In this document: positions 1-12,600 of the stretch, one piece after another
Numbering within the stretch: the first letter of the stretch is position 1
How the letters are laid out: each line of letters opens with the position of its first letter
NCBI GenBank assembly: GCA_965637545.1
Contig: OZ281498.1
Coordinates: 12,834,001-12,898,000, forward strand
DNA from: Phallusia mammillata
Lineage: Eukaryota
Length of the DNA stretch: 64,000 nt
Direction of reading: 5' to 3'
The notes under the pieces: model-generated
The model's database searches: none
What the model was told of the DNA's origin: nothing
The model's input: only the letters and a program-made list of their open reading frames with translations
Position numbers and translations under genes: made by a program

Positions 1-643
1 CTACACATAAAACAGCGAATCAAATAAATTAACCTATTAAAGCCTACAGAATAACTAATTTAACATAAAAAAACTCTACACGACGTTTTATGTTTGCGAA
101 AATCAATCCAGAATCCATCATTCCATCTAGTTGTAGTTGGAGAAACCACCCTAAACAAGAATTGAGAAGTGAAAACGAAACTCACTGAAGCATGACGGCT
201 ATGTCTAAATTGTAGTTTTCCCGAAAGCATTTGGTTGTTTGTGTGAACAACTATCAAACATTAATTAAGTTGACCGATAGGCAAGTCTGATTTCCTCGAA
301 TCGCATGATTTTGTGTTTTTTATTGGGATTAAAAATGTAACAAACCAATCCTTTTCAGACACGTTTGTTCAGAACTGGATCTGTGGGAAATCACAGTTCT
401 GCTGGAAGGGGGCGCCACTGTACCTCGTTCAAATAACCGCGAAAAAATGCGTTTTTTTTTTTGCTGCAGGAGCGAAACGCTTCAGTCGTCTTTCTGTCTG
501 GTCGTAGCTGGCACTACCGTTTCAATTTTTGTAAACAGCCGTTTTGCCGTTGTTGCATCTGATTCATACTATATATGCTGCAGTTGGTCTTAGTGTAATG
601 GACGTTAGTCGATTTGCTTGATAATGATGAAATACGAGTTAAA

Positions 644-3600
644 ATGAGAAAAGTTTTGCAGTTTTATTGTGTCGTGTGGTGTTTTCTGGCCGCAAATACT
701 CGGCGCGTTCGAGACCGGGCAGTCGCAGACATCTTAAACTTGCAGCAAGTTTACAGTGGACCAAACACGTTTTGCGATGGTAAGTTGTTCTTTTTTATAT
801 CCTCAAGTCTTACATGTGTGTTTGATCTGTATCCATAGTAAGCTTGGTAGCCTTCTGACACATTTTTTAACAAATAAAAATTGTCAAAGTAAAAAATGGC
901 ATATATTTGTACTGGCATGGAGTGTAAGCGATTGTTTATAGTGTAGCCTATCACAGACCAATTAAAAGTAGGCCTATTTTTGGCAGCTGCTACTAAGCCT
1001 TCACTTCAGACACTTATTATCAACTATGGGACAGTTTACGTTGGAGCAACGAATGCAATTCTGCAAATTTCCGCCAACGACTTTCGATTGACGAACACAT
1101 ACAAAACGGGACCTCAGAACGATAGTGTCGACTGCACTGGCCCCCACTATTGCAAGGCAGGCCTATGCAAGGCCAACAAGAATCTTTTTTGCGTAAATAA
1201 CTACAACAAGATTCTGGTGGCTGGCAGAGGAATGCTCATAGCCTGTGGAACAGCACATAGAACGTGTGACTTGTTGCAGCTAAATGATGTGTCCCAAGTT
1301 TATTCCAATGAAACTGATCTAAAATGTGGCTTCCCAGAGAACTCTATACTATCGGTCCGCAATCCAAATATTCAATTGACTTCCGCTGTATACCTTAATC
1401 CAGCGCAGCCCAACGGAAAAGATGATCTGTTGTACGTTGGTGCGGCGGATGACAAAATGACTGACTGCATTTCGGATCTTGTGGACATCAACTACCTTGA
1501 CCCTAAATGTACAGAAATGTCAATCAAAACCTATCAAGCACCAAGGGCCACAGCTGCTTACTTCAAAGAAGAGGATGATTCAAAAAACTATGTGCAGTTT
1601 GGCAAGGCTGACAGCACATCGTTTATTTATATGTGGTCAACGTCAAGTCATGTTTTCACATTACGAAAGTCAAATAACATGGTAACAAGACTTTCCCGTG
1701 CCTGTCACAAGCAATTTTTCACTGCTGATTCCAGTGGAGGAGAAACTGAAACTGCCGATGATGGTTATGCTACATACATCGAATCCGAAATCAATTGCCA
1801 GGTCAATTACGTGACTTTTACCAATGCCACTGCGGCTGAATACACCAACGGAAACCTTTTTATCTTGTTTACAAATTCTTCTTTGAACAAGCATGTCATT
1901 TGCTCCAGTCCACTTTTGAATATAAATGAAAAACTCGACGCAGCCAGACAGTCTTGCTTAAGCGATGATCCAAATAAAGCGGCCAAATTGGTGAACAAAT
2001 ATGGTTTAGTAATAGATTGCCAAAATGTTCAAATAAGCAAAAAGGGGGTAAGTAAAATTTTACACGGTCCATCCATTTTGTTAAATATTAATGACATATA
2101 ACCTTTTTTGTTTCAGATTAACTGCCCCATATCGCAAAATGTTCTTGATCATATTTTTTTTGAACATATTGGTGGAATCCGCAGCAGTAACCCGATCGCA
2201 ATAAATGAGGTGGTTTCATTTAACACGAGCCACTATGGCGACCTAACGGGCTTCGTGTCAGCACAAACTAAAACCAACACTGTTTTCTTTGTTGGCACGG
2301 GGAAAGGTTTAATACTTAAGGTTAGAACAAATTGTTATTACCTAAAAATTGTCAATGATTAACACGCATGCGAAACAATTTAGACTCACAACCAAAATGC
2401 ACAAACCGTAGTATCGGAAGAAATTACAGTTTCAGCGAAGGCAATACTGAAAGACTTGAGAATTGACAAACAAGAGCAACACGTGTTTGGCCTGACGTCC
2501 GCTGAGGTACAGCAAACAGCATTCATGTTGGCGCGTGAGTATCGTAGTTGGTGCTGCTTAGTAATGAGTATTTGAATTGTGTGTTTTAGGTATTTCGGGT
2601 TAAGGTAGAGAACTGCGAATCTCTCACTACGTGTGGAGCTTGTCTTTCATCGAATGATCCCTACTGTGGCTGGTGCATTCAGCAAAGCGCGTAAGCTATT
2701 AATTTCAAACATTAGTCTTTTCTAAGTGCCAATACATTTCATTGTTTTTCGATTGCATGATCAGCAAATCCAGACCATTTCATGTAACACCCAATGACCA
2801 TGTCAAAAAACGTTGCAAATATAACGTCGTTTAGCTGTGTCGGGTCTGAAATACTGTGAACTTCAAACGAGGCCAAATTGTTTGAATGCGACATGTTTTT
2901 TTTAATTTTCTCGGTTAAATTTTCTTACTGTTTCAAGATGTACATCAAACCAAACGTGCGGTCAAGAAAATGTCTGGGTTGGGTTTGGACAAGATCAAGG
3001 CAAATGTCCCCTTGTTGCCACGTTTCACCCAATGCACTTATCCATCAACTCTGTAGCTGAGGTTTGTGTTTTGTCTGTAAACTTTATGCAGCTTGTAACT
3101 TGGGTCTGTCGTACTGTATCAGCATGTTCAGACTCTTGTATGGCAATGTCGAGTCCCGAGCGTATTCTCTTAATTAGTGTCTCGCGTGTATCATGTCTGC
3201 AATGGCCTCGGTCAGGATTTACCACAAGTTGTGTCTTAGTATTCAATGTAACTAAAACTGCCCGTTTCGTACAGATGCAACTGAGCTTTACAGGAACAGC
3301 TTTGCCTGTACAATCTGGATCATTTACTTGCCGTTTTACCCGCACGGCCGGCGGTCGCAAGTACCTGGACGTTTCCTCCATTCTGACCAATTACCCAAGC
3401 ACTCCAAGTTGTAGTTTTTCTCCTGGACCAAGCCTTCCTCTGGCTGCGAACGAAAATTCAGGTAAATTTGGTTGTTTAAGAAGTTGTTAATTAGTTAACA
3501 TGTGTTTTCTGTTTTTTTCCAGACCATGTCAACGTAACGCTGACCATTGATTACAACGGGAAAGTTATGGCGGAATCTGCTCATTCAATTATAGTTTACG

Positions 3601-6600
3601 ATTGTAGCTTGATCAATCAACTGAATAACCAAACTATGTAAGCTGTTTTCTGTTATCTTGGTAACCTAAAACTAAGTTATTCAACAAATGCAAGTTAATA
3701 ATAGAATATATAACGGTTGAAATGAATCACACCAACACAAAGATAGAAACTGACAATGTATAAACTAATATATAATTCTGTGTTACGATCACAAGACATA
3801 TCTTGATTAAAACATGAGCTGCCAATCTAGCACCCCAACTAGGACAAATGAGTCATGTAGGTTTGCCTGCACCAGCAGACTCGACCTACGTAATAGCTTG
3901 CGATACACATGCTGTTTCCGGAAAACGTGTGACAGGAAACAACATTTTGGACGCAGGTGCTCGTCGTGTGAAAGCAGCAAATGGAATTGCACGTGGTGTA
4001 TTCGTAGCGAGACGTGCTCCAACGATACTTGTACAGATGGGTCGAAGGTGAACCTTATTTCTGAATGCCCAACTGTAGTCGGATTCGCCGATTCACCAAC
4101 TCACATCATTCCTTATGGAGTTGAAAAGACCTTCATTCTCAACACCAGCAATCTTAACCCAACCTTAAACGTAATACTTGCTGCCTGTATTAAAAATTCA
4201 ACAATGTGCAATAGAAATTGATTTGTGTGTAATTGTAAGAAATTGTTTCAATTGTACAGGCTTAGATTAGTTTCCATTCCTTTAATGTTGCTTCGATGAT
4301 TTAAAACATGACAAAATACTGAACTTTTTGTTTGGTTCCAACTAGTAATGTCCCTGTTGTCAACCGACTTACTTTTCGTTCATATGCATTAGTGCATCTT
4401 CTTTTATGTTTGCGCTTGCGGATATATCGCTATTTTGTGTGTATGTTACAAAACTAGATATCGATTTATTATGTTTTGCAGGGAGTTAAGGAGTTCAAGT
4501 GTATATACGAAGTGTGCGGGCGAACAACCAAGTCACAATCGACTGTGAATATTAACTCTATGACCGTGGAGTGCGCGGCATCTGCCCAATTGGTGAGTAG
4601 TTTTGCTCAGGAAGCCCTGTCCATTGAAAACATGTTGCTGGCATGAGATCCCTTAACAGCTTGTTTACAAACATTTATTGAATAATGTCTTGAAGTACCC
4701 TATGATTATGCAATGAGCCATCTTTATCATTTATTGACTTGATACTTAATTTACATCAAATTGTAACTTATATTCTCGTAAAATTATCAAGGCACTTTGC
4801 ATTTAGGTTTAAGGGTTCCCCATTGTGTGCCTCTATTTGTTCCTAAGTATTGTCATTATTTACTGTTGAGCATAAAATGACCTTATTTGCAGCGTCATAA
4901 TTGATAATTTTTGGACTTTCAGCTTTCCTGCGACCGGGAGCATTACGACGTCCGTATTTTTCTGCAGAGAGACAATTACGTCATTGACTCGCCCAAACCT
5001 CCGACTGGTAATGCGTTATGCTTACTTACAGTGATTGATGGCTATGGGCCACGACGATACGAGTGAAAACCGTGCCCGTTAAAATGCTACCCATTTCCGT
5101 TGGCTGAAAACTTAGCATTTTCAACTTTACGATATTTAGGATTTGTTAAAGTGACCTTTGGGTTCCAAAATCGATGTTGGTCCTGCCATTCAATGTAGAT
5201 TTTTTGGCATTTAAAGAAAATAACGGGCGTGGCAAATTTGTATATATTTGCTAATAAGGAATGGTTTGTTTACTGTTTGCGACCAGATTTTCCAACTCTG
5301 TACATCTGGTGCGAAAGGCAGTTGTGCATGTAACGCCAAACCAGAAGTGTAGTCGTAACGTTTTAGGGAAAAAAATGTTGGGTACTATCTATTACACTGA
5401 ACACCATCAATGTCAGCGTTTTGTCGGTTTTGTTTCAGCCACTGTATACAATTGTGAGAAAAATTCGCGCGACTGCGCAACTTGCTTACAATTTCGGAGG
5501 AAATTTTCCCAATGTCGCTGGTGCAACTCCACATCAAAGTGTTTGACAGCCAACCAATGCCCAGCAGCAGACGCTGTGACAGGAATAGGACAGTGCGCGG
5601 CTCCAATCATTGCTTCGGTAAGCGTTGTTTTAAATCCCAATTCGCGAAAACATGTCTCCGCTGAATTGATTCGCAATCGGCGCCATCATGTAACGTCCCG
5701 TGTCCTTCTGAACCGAGCTAGAAATGTCTTTAGAAAAAAAAAACATATTTTGATAAGTGAGTATACTTATCTCTTCCCAAAGTAGGATGGAATGACTCAT
5801 GGATGTTACCGATACGATGGCAGTGGACAGTTCTGGATAACTGAGCTTGCATAACAATTGTTACACTTCCGTCAACAGATCTTGCCCCTGAATGGCCCAG
5901 TCCAAGGCGGAACTGACGTCACTATTCAGGGCGTAAATATGGGCGCAGTGGCGTCTGACATCGTTAACGTAACGATCGGCAACCTTCCTTGTATCTCGGA
6001 CCCCCAGCGATATCAGCCATCCACAACGTAAGTTTGCATGCTCAAAAAGCTCAAGAACATTACAACAATCGGTGTGTTGGTTATATTACTCTGAACTTAA
6101 CTGTACTACGTATGGCTGAATCAGCAAAATATGTAGGGATTTTGTATGTGCATGTTTAAGGTTAGTTTTTGTCAAACAACATGAAAGATAGCGTTTTAAC
6201 ATGTGTATTTATTGTGGTAACAGATAAAATGTTATGTTTTTTAAAGCTCTAATGTTTGTTTTATATTTCTTTTTTAGTATTGTTTGCAAAACAACCAGTG
6301 CCAAAACATCTTTTAGCAGTCGAGTCATGGTTCAAACCAACTACAGTCGGGCTGTTTATTCCACTAATCGTTTCTTTTACAGAGTAAGTACTTCCATGAA
6401 TTTCTATAGGATATTAACTGTTTTCGTGTTAGCCATTTCAGAGGAGGCGTTTTTGCCAGTGAGTCATGTGTGCGTTTTAAGTCACAGCACGACGGAACTG
6501 GGAATTAATTGAATTAGGCTACAAACGCAGACGTCGCGCACAACATAGCCTGTATGTTGAATTATTATTGGCCATTTGTATTGTACAGTACACGCGTCTA

Positions 6601-9600
6601 TAATAACGGAAGCATTCGTTGCACATTTCAGAGAAGGCCATGGTGTTTGTTTAAACGCCATTTTACTGTTTGTTTTTGGTATCTCGTGTGATACTGGCCA
6701 GAGGAACTGGTTAACGATTAACCGACGTTTATGATGTTGAGATTCAAAATTGCCGCGAAGAATAAGAAATTAATCTTGAACTGGCTATCGTCACTCTGCT
6801 CTTAAACAAATCAAAGTTTGCCACATAGTAAACTTTCTAGTGATGGGACGATACCAGGTTTTGAAGCGAGTACCGATACCGAGTACGAGTACCACATGTA
6901 TACAGGGTTTTTTTTAAGGTTTGGTTTGGGTGACCGCTAAGTAGTTTTAAGAGACCGCAAGTGTTTCATTTAAATACCAAAAAATAGCCATATTTGCTTA
7001 TTTGGGAAACCGCTGGAGAAATTTGGGGGACCGTTTCGGTTTTCGGAAAAAAAACACTGCATGTATATACCTTCGATACCGAGTACTTAAGTGTGGTGTT
7101 GTACTTAGTTGTATATCACAGGTTAATTTATCTGCCATGCTCGGGGAACAGGTGTACACACACACATGCCGAAAATTGTAATCCCCGCGTGATAGCGAAA
7201 AAGATATACGTAAACTGACGGGACTTTTTTCCAGTTTTGTGCTGTCCGAAGCAAATATGGGCATAAAGTTGCCCGTATTCATATGGTGTAAATCGGCCTT
7301 CGGTACTCGCACGTTGGTATCGAAAACTGAGACAAAATGTTTCGATACCAAGTACCGAGTGCCGGGTACTCGTCCCATCACTAAAACTTTCCTTACAAAC
7401 CATTCAACTAGTCTTACTGTAATGAAAGTGGTTTTAGTATTAATACTTATGGCACATAACTGACCATTGATTTTTGTTACAAGATTGTTACTGTCAAAGA
7501 TATTGCACCGACAGAGGTGATCAGCAAAGCAGAGGTAACTGTATCGGGCAGCGGATTAAACGTCGGCAACAGTGCCCGGATTGTAGTCAACGGAAACTCA
7601 AACACCTGCAGTTACCGGTAAGTTTATGTTTCGTTAAACAGGCAGCTAGGTTTTAGTTTTCTGTGTGAAGTGACACTTATAATTTCAGTTATCACTGGGG
7701 CTAATTTCAGCAGTATTTTTATTTTGGCAAGTATGACGTCCAATAAGCACTAAGAAGTGACGTTGGTAAATTGTTGTTGGCTGTTGACAGTTCCCTGGTA
7801 TGATGCTGTGTGCGCTGACTAACGTTTTGGCTTCGTTACTGGGCCGGATGCTATTGGACGCAGACAAAAACACAGAAAAAGGCAAACGCTGCAATTACCC
7901 CAGAACGATAAACATAGCTAGTAAATTTGTGCTTTTTGGATCATTGATAGACAGTTTTAGAGTTTTGTTTAATTAAAATTGTTATGACTAGGAATTTTTT
8001 TTATCCGCTTATGTACCAAGTTGTGTTGCTTTCATCAAAAATGACAGATTAACAATGACTAGCAACACAAAGTTGTTGGCATACCCCTCGTGTAAACTCT
8101 AACATAATTAATCATTGTTCGTACATTTTTGACCTCTTGGTTTATCAACAGCAATGAAACTACGCTTGTGTGCAAAAGCCCCGAAACAACATTGCCCGGG
8201 AATTATACTGCAAAAGTTGAGGTCGATGGATTTACGGTGACCCTTAAAGTTCCCCTGGAGTATTTTTCAATTCCCCGTATCACACAGAAAGCTGACATCA
8301 ACAGCTTTAGCAGGTACCTATTTATTTTGATTTACACAGGGCAACAATCATGGGCGCCGCCACGTAGGGGCAAGAGGGGGCACTTGCCCCCCACTTGGAA
8401 TTTCAGTGTACCTCAATTTAACATATTTAGCAGCAAACCTAATTAAAGTGGCAGCGTGGGGATTTGTGACATCGTTTAATGCTTTAACTTTTAGGCAACT
8501 CAATTGTGAAGTACACGATTTATGGCTTCATATCTAACAAATTCTTGATGTGGTAAAGTATCAGCCAAAATTTGCCCCCTCTTGGTAAAGTATCAGCCAA
8601 AAAATTAGAACAATAAACGAAATTTTCACTATACTGGTGATGAAGGATCTTACGGATTGAAACCATTTCCCATCAAAAGAAGGAACGCTTAACGTATTGT
8701 TGTTTATTTTCTGTTTCGTATTTCAGTGGAGGTCGTCTGGTGGACATTCAACTCAATGACGTCAGGGGCGTCCAGACCGCGTCACTTCTTGTTGACGGCG
8801 GAAAACCTCAGGTAACCTAAACAAAAGAAAACATTTTTGGTCTCATTGAACTTACGTGTTGAAGCCTAACCGTTGTTTCCCGTAGTTGCCAAAACCACTT
8901 TGTGTCATAAACGCGGTCAGTAATTATGTGGTCAGTTAGGGCTGGGTTTGGTCATGTTTCAGCAGAGTAATTATAATACAATCGGTCACAGTGGTTTTTC
9001 CAACCTGTTTGATCTTTCACGTGTAGTAAAACTATTAGGATTCGTGCCGGTTGATCAGATATACTGCCTTGCTCGTCCACCTCTTTGAATACCAACCTTG
9101 ACCAATTTGTAACAGTACAAACTAAACCACTTCTTAGCAGATATTGCTGGATAGGCCAATTTAGCTATGTGCACTATTTTTACATTAATTGGATATATAC
9201 TCTTTAAAACGTAAGATACCTTTCTTTCGTTTGTTAAAGATTTACTTATCTTTTCGGTTGAAAAAATTTTTGATAGTTTTTGTCAGCAAAAGAAGTTTCC
9301 TGTTTGTTTTTTGTTTCCAAAAATAAAATTGATAATAACGAAAGCTGAGAATTTTAGTCTACTTCCCTAATCACTTGACAGTCACACAGAATTGCCACAA
9401 ATAAACAATTTGTATTGCTGTGGCCGTAAGCAAGTCCTCCACAATTTTTAGGTGGTTGCGTGCTTGTGTGTTTACTCACGCTTTTTATTCGGCTACAGGC
9501 GTGTCGGATTAACAGAACATCGTCTGTGGTGAGTTGTCCTATGCCACAGGAGCCACGAGTGAGCGGCAATAGGAAACGACGCAACGTTTCTCCTTCCTCA

Positions 9601-12600
9601 ACAACAAAACGCTGTAAGTTACCTTTTAAAATTCGAAACCTGCCTTTTTGACCTCCTAGTCCCCTTTTAGAGTTCCTAGACTTTAAATCGACAAAAGTAA
9701 CAAGTTTGTAACCGATTTATGACAAAGCTGAATGGAATGCATTTTTGATTGGGAATGTTTGAAATATATATTTTGTGCCATCTTGGTCCACTAGATGTAG
9801 TACTTTTCTCTACACATGCGTAATACGCGATTAAAAAAACTTACAATTTTAAAATGCAGTATACGGATCCATCTTCGTGTTAAAATTTTGTACCTTAACA
9901 TTATATGCTAAAACCGAACGACCGCATAGTATAGCGTGTTTACAAGCTCAATATCACCGAGTTTCCTGTTACCATCATTCTGTAGATAACATAAAACATG
10001 ATCAGCCTTATTTGGTCGGTTCAAACAAACGTTCAAATAATTGTAGGTAGGCTTATACAGTATTTTACAAAGATTTATCTAGGTAAAATATATAAAGGTA
10101 AACAATTTCGAGGCACTAAATAATAAAGTGAATTAAACTACATCCACAGCATACAATGTATCAATTGTACTCAACGGGCAACAAACGATAGCGGCTGGAC
10201 TGGTGAAGTTTCAGGATAATCCTCAACTCAAGTCAATTTCTCAACTTCCCTGCGCAAGTGCCACATCAGCTGGAGTGGGAGTTGATGATGGCAACGACAC
10301 ACAGTCTTCAGCTGCAGACACTGTAGTCGTTCAAATTCAGGTCAGTAAAGCGAACATTACTTGTTATTGGTTTTTAAAGGGTTTTCAATTTGAGCAAGAT
10401 CTTTCTGGTGTAAATATTTACAGTAGCTGACTGTGTAAAGTATGCAACATGAAACCTTTTGGATTCCAGGAAACCTGTCGGTTTTTTACGTCAGTGGTTA
10501 GGACGCTAAAGGTGAATTAACCACAGTTCGATTATTGTGTACGAAGACTTGCTTCACCGTCCTTTTAAGCTGTACATCGTTGTCTGTGATGCTTCTGTTG
10601 TCAGTTGCAAATTAAATAAAAGAAGCCTATTTATAATGCAACAAAAAAAACTCTGGCTTACGAGCCTGCACGTCAAGCTACTTTAAGAATACATACTACC
10701 TATTGATTGCCAGACTGTCCGAATTTTCAGTTTCACATTTCACGTCTATCACTGCAATATTTTTGGCTTGTATTTTGTTGTGATGTATGTCGGCATTGCA
10801 AGATACGAAATCCTGATTTAAGCTGACATTGCAAGCACTTTCGTGCGACAAGGCGTTGGTATTAGGGCTAATTTTAGTAATTAGTGTTTTTTCTCCAAAA
10901 TCTGCCAATTATGAAAGCTGATCTGTTTAGCTTTAAATCGATTACATGTTCTGTATATGATTCCGTTTTTACCACAAAATTGATAATTTATGTAATATTG
11001 GATTTGTGAAATGTTTAACAGCGTTAATGCATACCAGGAAATTTGTTACCCAGGCAGATTCTGTGCATCAATTGATTTACGGCTAACGCGTTAAGTATGC
11101 CTATTTTTGCAGGGGACCGGATTTGCTAACGCCAATTCTAAGAAAACTGATTATCAGGTAGCGCTAATTCTTTCCAGTACCGCGCCAATCCCTTGTGTGG
11201 TATCATTCATCGAACCATCTTCCCTTTTCTGTCGTGCACAAGCAAAACGTCTAAAGCAGTACGAAAACAACAAAATTGCCATACAGGTAATGTCGAAAAA
11301 AGTTGTTTGTCCAATTTGTGCCTATTTCAATGTAGTACCGTCTATGGTCTGTGTTTGTTAAGTTAACCCTATAGAAATGCATCCATTAACCGTTTACTTC
11401 GTTCCTTTTTATTGCTTGTCTTATACATTGATGCCACAACTACGAAAAATGGCCCAGATATACAATAAAATACCAAAACCAGAACGGTTGCTGGTTCCAA
11501 TTAGGATATTTAGTTGTTAAGAACAAATTATTTTAAAATATAAGTGTATTGTGGAAATAAACATCTTGTATAGTTTCACGTTGACATTGTTGCGCAATCG
11601 TGTAGAACGTTCTAAAATTTGCTTCGTTTAAGCAGTAGTCTTTACCAAATGCCCTCATGTGAGCTTAACAGACCGTAAAATTCACCTTACTGCAAACAAG
11701 TTATGCCGCCATCACCGTTACATGACTAAAGACGTGGTATTTTGTAAATTATCTGTGCTCGAAAATAGCCCAAACTGCCTTTAAATCCCGCCCATGACCA
11801 AACGTAACGCACAGTGCGAAGAAACGGACGTGCTCTCCTTCCGTGAAGCTCGTTTTCGGCGCGTTATGTCGGTTCGTGACCCGCAAGCCATCTGCATGAC
11901 ACGCCTGTCACCAATTTTTTATAGCGCGCCATAAAAGCGGCCTAGACTGAATTATTAAGGCATCAGGCGTCCATAAAACAATTTTTAGTTTAGCAACAAT
12001 AACACTTCAGGGCGGACTAAAATATCTGGGGATTGATACTTATTAACTGTTTGGCCAATTTGTGGCTTAAAAGAAAATGTTTAGGCAACATCTGCCATAA
12101 AACGTTCAGCCCACATCATTTGCACATACTTCAAATATAGCGCTTTTTGTCCAGTGCACTCGGCCGTATGAAAGAACTTTTACAAAAAAAGTCTTGTTTT
12201 ATCCCACGGTGTAGGCCTTGTAACATTGTGCTAGTAGAGGGAGGTAGCCTAAAGTCAATATAGCGACATATCGTTTTTATACTTTTTTATATTTGTGTTA
12301 AAACGCATGTCGTAATTTAGGCTATTATAAATACATTATTTCAATTTTATTAGGTTTCATCTGGAAACTGGACGGACGAGGTTCCCAATGTCGTGTATTG
12401 CAAAAGAACTGAACAGATTTTTATGTATATTATCATCCCTGTTGCTGCGGTGATGCTGGCCGTTATACTGATTCTTCTGGTCAGATATCGAGTTCAAAAG
12501 AAAAAGCAAAAAAGAGAAAGAAAATTGATAATGAGCAAACTCGACGACCTGGAAAATAAAACAAGGGAGACTGCCAGAAACGGTAGGTTGCGTTTTACCA

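Noticed and set aside
60-257. Minus-strand 65-aa ORF with splice-like sites, possibly a neighbouring divergent gene
   Set aside because: No recognisable domain; the implied intron is only 35 nt and the rest would lie outside the window.
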